Source: Patescibacteria group bacterium (GTDB lineage: Bacteria; Patescibacteriota; Minisyncoccia; Phycocordibacterales; Phycocordibacteraceae). From it: a DNA stretch of 64,000 nucleotides. The position numbers were made by a program, and so were the translations under genes. The number at the start of each line of letters is the position of its first letter. Positions within the stretch are counted from its first letter, which is position 1. The notes below the pieces were generated by a model. The model saw only the letters and a program-made list of their open reading frames with translations. It made no database searches and was not told the origin of the DNA. The stretch is from assembly GCA_040384705.1 (NCBI GenBank), contig JAZKIU010000001.1, forward strand, positions 229,675 through 293,674. The letters are read 5' to 3'. Of this stretch, positions 57,867-64,000 are shown piece by piece.

Positions 57867-58859
57867 GTGAAAAGGAAGCACCTCCATCCTGCCCATCGTG
57901 TGTTCAGCGTCGTCGGCATGACGCTCGTGACCCTGTTCGCGGTCGCGCTCCTCGGCGCCACCGCGTTCTACGCACGCACCATGCTCACCTCGGACAACAT
58001 GGCCGCGGTCATCTCCGCCGTCCTTGTCGACCTTACCAACGAGGACCGCAAGGACGAGGACCTCGGTACGCTCACGAGGAACTCTGTTCTCGACGCAGCC
58101 GCGCAAGCGAAGGCGGACGATATGGCGGAGAAAGGATACTTCGCGCACAACTCGCCTGACGGGAAGACCTCCTGGCACTGGTTCCGGGAAGCGGGGTATT
58201 CCTTCTCGTACGCGGGCGAGAATCTCGCGGTCGACTTCGATGACTCGGATGATGTCGAGGAGGCATGGATGGACTCGCCGACGCACCGTGCGAACATACT
58301 CAACGGCAAGTTCACGGAGATAGGCATAGCGACGGCGGTAGGGACATACAAGGGGCAGAAGACGACGTTCGTCGTGCAGATGTTCGGGACCCCGGCAAAG
58401 ACGACGGCTGCCGCTCCGGTAGTGTCGGTAACTGAGCCGACAGCCGCGGAGGATATTGCCATAGGTACCACCGAGGTGCTCGGAGAGGCGGCGGGGGAGC
58501 CAGAGCAAGCCGTGGCTGCTGAGAAAACGGAAGTCGCGCCCGCAGCTTCTATACGGAACGAGAACGTGGAGGCTCCACCGGTAGTCACGCAAGCGGACGC
58601 TCCCTCATACGCTTCTACGCTCGGGCACTTCGCCGCGTCTCCCAAGATGCTGCTGCGAACGCTCTACGTGCTGAGTGCCCTGCTGCTTCTCGCGCTCCTC
58701 GTTCTGGTGACCCGCCTCGAGCTCAAGCGCCATCATGCGCCGCACGTGCTCGCCGCGAGCTTCCTCATCGTGATGATGACCGGGCTCTTCGTGGCGGCGG
58801 ATAGGTATGTGTTTAATTCTCCGACCATAGGCGCAGGCTCGGACGAGCCGCTCGGATAG
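57867..58859 (+). CDS. CAP/SCP (YkwD-like) domain secreted protein with an N-terminal anchor and a C-terminal TM helix
   Basis: The CAP signature region is YFAHNSPDG...GENLAV...WMDSPTHRANILNGKFTEIGIATAVG. Confidence 0.75.
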   Translation: MKRKHLHPAHRVFSVVGMTLVTLFAVALLGATAFYARTMLTSDNMAAVISAVLVDLTNEDRKDEDLGTLTRNSVLDAAAQAKADDMAEKGYFAHNSPDGKTSWHWFREAGYSFSYAGENLAVDFDDSDDVEEAWMDSPTHRANILNGKFTEIGIATAVGTYKGQKTTFVVQMFGTPAKTTAAAPVVSVTEPTAAEDIAIGTTEVLGEAAGEPEQAVAAEKTEVAPAASIRNENVEAPPVVTQADAPSYASTLGHFAASPKMLLRTLYVLSALLLLALLVLVTRLELKRHHAPHVLAASFLIVMMTGLFVAADRYVFNSPTIGAGSDEPLG

Positions 58860-58861
58860 CT

Positions 58862-59338
58862 ATGCGTACCCGGCTCCTCATCGCTGCGCTCGCTCTCGTC
58901 ATCGTCGTACTCGCCGCGCTGCTTATCTATACCCGTGCCCACGCGCCCGCTGAGTCGGTCGTCGCAGATACGGTAGTCAGCAAGGCGGAAGCGCTTCCGG
59001 GCGAGATAGAGGTCGTGGATACGCAGGAGAAGCGAATGCTTGGACTCTCGGGAAGAAAGGATATCGCGGACGACTACGGCATGCTTTTCGTATTCGACGC
59101 GGCAGGGAAGCACGGGTTCTGGATGAAGGACATGCTCTTCACTATCGATATCGTCTGGCTTTCCGATGATGGCACGATCGTGCACGTCGAGCATTCGGTC
59201 CCTCCTTCCAGCTACCCAAGCGTGCTCGTTACGCCGGTGCCCGCTTCGTTCGCACTTGAGACCAATGCTGGATATGCGAAGGAACATGGATGGGATACCG
59301 GCACAAAGCTCGACATCTCCAAGTACCAGTCCAATTGA
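58862..59338 (+). CDS. DUF192 (COG1430) family protein
   Basis: EVVDTQEKRMLGLSGRKDIADDYGMLFVF...DMLFTIDIVWLSDDGTIVHVEH is typical of DUF192. It has a signal or anchor sequence. Confidence 0.75.
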   Translation: MRTRLLIAALALVIVVLAALLIYTRAHAPAESVVADTVVSKAEALPGEIEVVDTQEKRMLGLSGRKDIADDYGMLFVFDAAGKHGFWMKDMLFTIDIVWLSDDGTIVHVEHSVPPSSYPSVLVTPVPASFALETNAGYAKEHGWDTGTKLDISKYQSN

Positions 59339-59366
59339 AAAGACTCGCCGCAAGGCGAGTCTTTTC
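59339..59366. terminator. Bidirectional rho-independent terminator shared by the DUF192 gene (plus) and rnpB (minus)
   Basis: AAAGACTCGCC-GCAA-GGCGAGTCTTTT with A/T runs on both sides. Confidence 0.8.
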
Positions 59367-59706
59367 ATGTATAGCGGACCCGGGCCATAAGCCGAATTCT
59401 GTACTCGTGTCTCCACGAGCGATGACCATCTATCTGGGACTATCGTTACCGATAGCCTCGAGCGGCGCTCCCCGAAGGGCACGGCCTTGCACAGTGGTAA
59501 GGATTTAGCCGTTTCAATCCCGCATCTCGGCGGGCCTGGCCCCGAAGGGCCTCCTTGGCTTTCGCCGCGGACGTCTCTGTTCGCACCTCGCGCCTTGCGG
59601 CGGACGGGCGTTACCCGCTACCGTGCTGCCGCACGAATGCGGCCTGTGTTCGGACTTTCCTCTACGCACCTTGCGGTACGCAGCGATCATCAGACCCGGG
59701 TCCAGA
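59365..59706 (-). ncRNA. rnpB: RNase P RNA, bacterial type A
   Basis: The minus strand carries P4 elements GAGGAAAGUCCG and ACAGAAUUCGGCUUAU. It also has GGGUAACGCCCG (P8/P9-like) and GUGCGAACAGAGA. P1 pairs GGACCCGGGUC with GGCCCGGGUCC. The length is about 340 nt. Confidence 0.85.
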
Positions 59707-59709
59707 TGG

Positions 59710-59738
59710 ATTATACGACACTATGACTTTTCCACAAC
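59710..59738 (-). promoter_or_regulatory. rnpB promoter (minus strand: -35 TTGTGG, 17-nt spacer, -10 TATAAT)
   Basis: The consensus -10 hexamer sits 7 nt upstream of the P1 5' end. Confidence 0.6.
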
Positions 59739-59836
59739 CAGCTTACTTCATGAAGCGCTCGTCCCCAGCCGCGGGCGCTGAGCGAAGCCTTCCGAGCTAT
59801 AATCAGTCCATTAGTAGGGCTGTGTAATAGGAAACC

Positions 59837-62248
59837 ATGCAAGAAAACCAAGCACCATCTGCAGCGGCACGCAGATTCTCGTTCGACAAGGCGGCGACCC
59901 TCGCCATCGTGCTCACCGTCGCGCTCGCCGCGATCGCGATGATATTCCCGTTCAAACCGGTAGTCATCATCCCGTTCCTTTATACGAAGGTCTCCATTCT
60001 CGCTATCGGAGCCCTTATCGCGCTCGCCCTGTTCATACTCGCGCGCCTTACCCGCGGGAACATCGTTATCCCGCCTCCAGCGCTCCTGGGCGCCCTCTGG
60101 CTGGTTCCGTTCGCATACGCGCTTTCGACGCTGTTCTCCGGGGTCTCTGCTGAGGCCGCGTTCTTCGGTCGTGAGCTCGAGACCGATACGTTCGGCTTCG
60201 TGCTCCTGCTCGCGGCGCTTGCGAGCCTTACCGCGCTCGCGTTCCGTCGCGGCAAGGAATACCGCACCTTCTTCCGTGTGCTCGGTGTCACGCTCGGCAT
60301 CGTGCTCGTCGCTGAAGCGGTATTCATCCTGGTCGGACGTCTCGCGCCGAGCCTCATGGCGCCGACGACGAATCTCATCGGTTCCTTCCCCGACCTCGGC
60401 ATGGTGGTCGGTCTTGGGGTCGTTACGACGTTGCTTGCCCTACGTCTCCTCGCGCTCGCCCCACGCACCCGCACCCTCCTCTATATCGCGGGAGCGGTCA
60501 GTCTCCTCATCGTCGCCTTGGTGAACTCTCCGCTCATATGGAGCCTCATCGCGCTTGTCGCGCTCGCGCTCTTTATAGAGGCGATCATGCGCCACCGCAC
60601 TTCGTCTTCTGACGAGAGCGACCTCGACGGTGTCGCGCTCCTCCTCTCCGAGAACGAAGCGGAATCGCGGGGTACGGACTCTCGTTCGCTGCTCGCTCCC
60701 TTGATAACGCTCGCTATTTCCATCTTCTTCATCGTGGGCGGCTCCACCATCGGGAACGCGCTCGTTTCCTCGTTCGGAACGAACCTCATCGACGTCCGTC
60801 CATCGTGGCAGTCGACCTTCGAAGTGGGAAGCCATACCTACGCATCTTCGCCGCTCTTCGGATCAGGCCCCGGCACGTTCGGCGAGCAGTGGCTCAAGTT
60901 CCGTGACCGCGCCATCAATGACACCGTCTTCTGGAACATCGACTTCGTCTCCGGCATAGGCAGTATCCCGACCTCGCTCGTAACGACCGGCATCGTGGGC
61001 GTGCTCGCGTGGCTCGCGTTCCTCGGTATCTTCCTCTTTGTGGGCGTACGCACGCTCCTCTTCCGCTTGCCGCAGGACGCGTTCATGCGCTTCGTCGCCG
61101 TATCCTCATTCGTCGCCAGCCTCTACGTGCTCACGCTCTCGGTATTCACCGTACCCGGGCCCGTCGTGCTCTCGATAGGATTCCTCTTCATCGGTCTCTT
61201 CATCTCATCGCTGCGGCATGCGAGCCGTGCGAACGAATGGGGCATCGTGTTCTCAAAGAATCCCCGAGTCGGCTTCGTCATCGTGTTCGCTCTCACGCTC
61301 CTTCTTCTTGCATCCATTCTCGCGGCATACGTCGTCGTCGGGCGGTACCTCGCGGCAGTCGCGTACACCGACGGCGCGCAGGCACTCGCTGCAGGCGACC
61401 TTGAGAAGGCGAACGGCGCTATCGAGCGCTCCATTGGGTTCGCCGCCAGCGATAGGGCATACCAGCTCGCAAGCGCGGTCGGCATCGCGCGTATGAACCA
61501 GGTCGCGTCGGACAGCGAGCTCGCGCCCGCCACCGCCCAGCAGGCATTCCAGGCTGCGCTCTCCGGAAGCATCCAGGCAGCCCTTACCGCGACGAAGCTC
61601 GGACCGAACAACTACCAGAACTGGGCGATGCTCGGCAATGTGTACCAGACGGTGGTGCCGCTCCGTATCGAGGGAGCGTACGATAATGCGAAGACCGCAT
61701 ACGAGCGTGCGATAAGCCTCAACCCTACCTCGCCGGTCCTGCAGTACGTCGCTGCGCAGCTCGAGATAGCGCAGGGTAACGCTCCTGCGGCAGAGGAACG
61801 CCTCGTATCCGCCATCAACCTCAAGCGCGACTACACCCAGGCTATCTTCCTCCTCTCGCAGCTCGAGGTGCAGCAGGGCCGCGCACGCGAAGCCCTCCAG
61901 GCAGCGGAGGCGGCAGCGTACTTCGCACCGAACGATCCGGTCGTGCTCTTCCAGGTGGGCATCCTCCGTTCCGCGAACGGGGACAACGATGGGGCAATCG
62001 TCGCGCTCGCGCGTGCCGTCGAGCTCAACCCGCAGTACGCGAACGCCCGCTTCTTCCTCGGCGTGATGCACGCTATCAAGGGCCAGTACGCCGAAGCGAT
62101 AGCTGATCTCGAATCGGTCGCTGCGCTCTCCGAAGCGAACGCGCAATCGGTCGCAGCCGACCTCGCGCAGCTCCGTGCCGGCAAGAACCCATTCCCGCCC
62201 TCACGGTTAGGAGCGCTCGGGATACCGGCAACGTCCGTAACCCCGTAA
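59837..62248 (+). CDS. O-antigen ligase (Wzy_C)-family membrane protein fused to a C-terminal TPR-repeat domain
   Basis: It has about 12 TM helices and the O-antigen-ligase loop motif (YASSPLFGSGPGTFGEQW). The C-terminal roughly 300 aa are TPR-like repeats. Confidence 0.8.
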   Translation: MQENQAPSAAARRFSFDKAATLAIVLTVALAAIAMIFPFKPVVIIPFLYTKVSILAIGALIALALFILARLTRGNIVIPPPALLGALWLVPFAYALSTLFSGVSAEAAFFGRELETDTFGFVLLLAALASLTALAFRRGKEYRTFFRVLGVTLGIVLVAEAVFILVGRLAPSLMAPTTNLIGSFPDLGMVVGLGVVTTLLALRLLALAPRTRTLLYIAGAVSLLIVALVNSPLIWSLIALVALALFIEAIMRHRTSSSDESDLDGVALLLSENEAESRGTDSRSLLAPLITLAISIFFIVGGSTIGNALVSSFGTNLIDVRPSWQSTFEVGSHTYASSPLFGSGPGTFGEQWLKFRDRAINDTVFWNIDFVSGIGSIPTSLVTTGIVGVLAWLAFLGIFLFVGVRTLLFRLPQDAFMRFVAVSSFVASLYVLTLSVFTVPGPVVLSIGFLFIGLFISSLRHASRANEWGIVFSKNPRVGFVIVFALTLLLLASILAAYVVVGRYLAAVAYTDGAQALAAGDLEKANGAIERSIGFAASDRAYQLASAVGIARMNQVASDSELAPATAQQAFQAALSGSIQAALTATKLGPNNYQNWAMLGNVYQTVVPLRIEGAYDNAKTAYERAISLNPTSPVLQYVAAQLEIAQGNAPAAEERLVSAINLKRDYTQAIFLLSQLEVQQGRAREALQAAEAAAYFAPNDPVVLFQVGILRSANGDNDGAIVALARAVELNPQYANARFFLGVMHAIKGQYAEAIADLESVAALSEANAQSVAADLAQLRAGKNPFPPSRLGALGIPATSVTP

Positions 62249-62289
62249 TGCACCCTGGCGCTACTTCATTCGGTTCCTAAAAGTACGTC

Positions 62290-63972
62290 ATGGTTCGCAA
62301 CATCCTACGGAAAATAACGGCCCCAGTACGGGGGCTCCATCAAGCCGCGTACCTGCTCGCGGGGCTGACGTTCGGCTCCCAGCTGCTCGCGCTCCTTCGT
62401 GACCGCTTGTTCGCGCACCAGTTCGGGGCGAGCGAGATGCTCGACATCTACTATGCCGCGTTCCGCGTTCCGGATCTCGTCTTCGCCATCGTCGCGTCGC
62501 TCGTGTCCGCGTACGTGCTCATCCCGCGCATAGCGGGCGCTAACAAGGAGGAGACGAAGAAGCTGCTCTCGCACACGGCATCCTTCCTCGTCATCGGCGG
62601 GGGCATCATCTGCGCAGGTCTCGCAGTCATCGCGCCTACGCTCCTATTCGCGCTGTTCCCGACGTTCGAGTCCTCGCCGCATGCAGCGGAGTTCGTGATG
62701 CTCGCACGCATCCTTCTCATCCAGCCCATCCTGCTCGGGCTCTCCGGAATAATCACGAGCGTGACGCAGGTGAACCGGCGCTTCGTCCTCTTCGCGCTTT
62801 CGCCCGTGCTTTACAACCTGGGCATCATCGGCGGCACCCTCTTCCTGTATCCGACGATGGGTCTCATCGGTATCGGATGGGGAGTCGTTGCGGGCGCGGT
62901 GCTGCATCTCGCCATACACATCCCGCTCGTGGCGAAGGCAGGGCTCCTTCCGCGCCCCGTCATCTTCTCGCCTCGGATAGTGTGGTCGGTAGCGCGCGAC
63001 TCCATGCCGCGTTCGCTTGCGCTTGGCGTCGGGGCGCTCGCAACGCTCGCTCTCACGGCTATTGCAGCGCAGACGGGCGAGGGAAGTATCGCCGTGTTCA
63101 CGCTCGCAGGGAACCTTGAGGCCGTCCCGCTCTCGCTCATTGGAGCGGCGTACGCGACCGCGGCATTCCCGGTGCTCGCCGAGCATATGAATGCGAAACG
63201 GTACGAGGAGTTCCGAGCGACGCTTCTCGTCGCTGCGCGCCACATCATCTTCTGGTCGGCGATCGTCTCGGTGCTCGCGCTCGTGCTGCGCGCCCACATC
63301 GTGCGCATCGTACTTGGGTCAGGCGCCTTCGATTGGGACGCGACGCGCCTTACGGCCGCCGTGCTCGCTATTCTTGTCTTCGGCCTTATCGCGCAAGGGC
63401 TCATACTCCTGTGCTCCCGTGCGTTCTATGCCGCTGGCCGCTCCTGGAACCCGCTCATCATCCAGGCGGGCGGCGCGGTCGTCTCGGTGCTCGCCGCCGT
63501 CGTTACCCTCACGCTCGTGAACACTTATCCCGCCCTCAATTACTTCATGGAGGTACTGCTGCGTGTCGAGGGTGTTCCGGGAACGGGCGTGCTGGCGGTA
63601 GCCCTCGGCGCTACGCTCGCGCAGATAGCTATGGCCGCTATTGCGCTTTATACGCTGCGGAGCGTGGCTCCGGGCGTCGCCGGAATGCTCGCCCGCTCTC
63701 TGGGCGAGGGCCTCGCGGCGGCCATACTCGGCGCGTCCGCTACCTACGGCGTGCTTGCGTACTTCGGGACGCTCGCACCACTCACCACGCTCCCCATCGT
63801 CTTTGCGGAGGGCCTCATAGCTGGTATGGTGGGACTCTCGGTGTCCGCGGCCGTTCTCGCGCTCCTCGCGAACCAAGAGTTCAAGGACCTCATAGAATCA
63901 TTGCGCCGCATCACCTCTACCCGTGCGCTTAAGCCTCACGGCGCCCTCATCGATGACCGAACGGATTCGTAA
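62290..63972 (+). CDS. murJ: Lipid II flippase MurJ (MviN)
   Basis: It has 14 TM helices and the N-terminal LRDRLFAHQFGASEMLDIYYAAFRVPDLV signature. Confidence 0.9.
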   Translation: MVRNILRKITAPVRGLHQAAYLLAGLTFGSQLLALLRDRLFAHQFGASEMLDIYYAAFRVPDLVFAIVASLVSAYVLIPRIAGANKEETKKLLSHTASFLVIGGGIICAGLAVIAPTLLFALFPTFESSPHAAEFVMLARILLIQPILLGLSGIITSVTQVNRRFVLFALSPVLYNLGIIGGTLFLYPTMGLIGIGWGVVAGAVLHLAIHIPLVAKAGLLPRPVIFSPRIVWSVARDSMPRSLALGVGALATLALTAIAAQTGEGSIAVFTLAGNLEAVPLSLIGAAYATAAFPVLAEHMNAKRYEEFRATLLVAARHIIFWSAIVSVLALVLRAHIVRIVLGSGAFDWDATRLTAAVLAILVFGLIAQGLILLCSRAFYAAGRSWNPLIIQAGGAVVSVLAAVVTLTLVNTYPALNYFMEVLLRVEGVPGTGVLAVALGATLAQIAMAAIALYTLRSVAPGVAGMLARSLGEGLAAAILGASATYGVLAYFGTLAPLTTLPIVFAEGLIAGMVGLSVSAAVLALLANQEFKDLIESLRRITSTRALKPHGALIDDRTDS

Positions 63973-64000
63973 TTTCAGTATCATTGCCCATATAGACCAT
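63953..64000 (+). CDS. lepA: Elongation factor 4 (LepA), 5'-partial. Only the first 16 codons fall in the window.
   Basis: MTERIRNFSIIAHIDH is the canonical LepA N-terminus and G1 lead-in. The start overlaps the last 20 nt of murJ. Confidence 0.7.
   Translation, partial: MTERIRNFSIIAHIDH

Noticed and set aside
59290-59827. Three overlapping plus-strand ORFs (59290..59508, 59487..59726, 59555..59827)
   Set aside because: The region is RNase P RNA on the minus strand plus its promoter and a terminator. The ORFs are non-coding read-through of a structured RNA gene.

Overview
This 64-kb window is GC-rich with strong third-codon-position GC bias, which produces many long spurious antisense ORFs in the six-frame track. 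It is a densely packed chromosomal segment from a high-GC bacterium. The content is consistent with an actinobacterial-like or CPR/Patescibacteria-like monoderm: Cheo-type LexA box, RNase J, type A RNase P RNA, and YflT-, YghA- and lmo0937-family stress proteins.

Confident genes in order:
- an SOS cassette of LexA and a Y-family polymerase
- an RND efflux pump with an HlyD-like adaptor, and a divergent P-type cation ATPase
- a YghA/YhdF-like SDR and a YflT-like stress protein
- a 752-aa surface protein carrying a peptidoglycan-binding domain, three 288-nt tandem repeats and discoidin-like domains
- a PIF1-like helicase, purB, mltG and typA
- a string of small stress or unknown genes, including an lmo0937-family peptide and a frameshifted Lys-rich gene
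- a DEAD-box helicase with an N-terminal RGG tail
- a thiol-redox and oxidative-repair neighbourhood: DsbA-like protein, VKOR, MsrA, MsrB, Bcp, DoxX and CapA
- a bactofilin-like protein, Nth, a HAD hydrolase, PspC, a MutY-like glycosylase and an MFS transporter
- RNase J with an N-terminal Pro/Ala and RGG tail, an orphan family-5 substrate-binding protein and SecG
- groES-groEL, LemA, HtpX and tRNA-Ser(GGA)
- a roughly 11-kb cluster of giant secreted proteins: an 1813-aa GLUG-repeat protein, a 1089-aa repeat protein ending in a peptidoglycan-binding domain, a CAP-domain protein and a DUF192 protein
- RNase P RNA on the minus strand
- an O-antigen-ligase/TPR membrane protein, MurJ, and the first 16 codons of LepA

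No CRISPR array, integrase or transposase was seen.

Non-obvious signals:
- An unannotated rnpB with its own promoter, hidden under spurious ORFs.
- A 22/23-nt tRNA-3'-end-like direct repeat sitting on two gene stop codons 8.8 kb apart.
- A promoter, long hairpin and terminator module forming a candidate small RNA or leader next to an orphan response regulator.
- A GAAC-N4-GTTC SOS box placed exactly upstream of the corrected lexA start.
- A +1 frameshift in a conserved Lys-rich small gene.
- Arg/Gly-rich disordered N-terminal tails on both RNase J and the DEAD-box helicase.
- Several sub-60-aa ORFs with strong ribosome-binding sites that the track misses.
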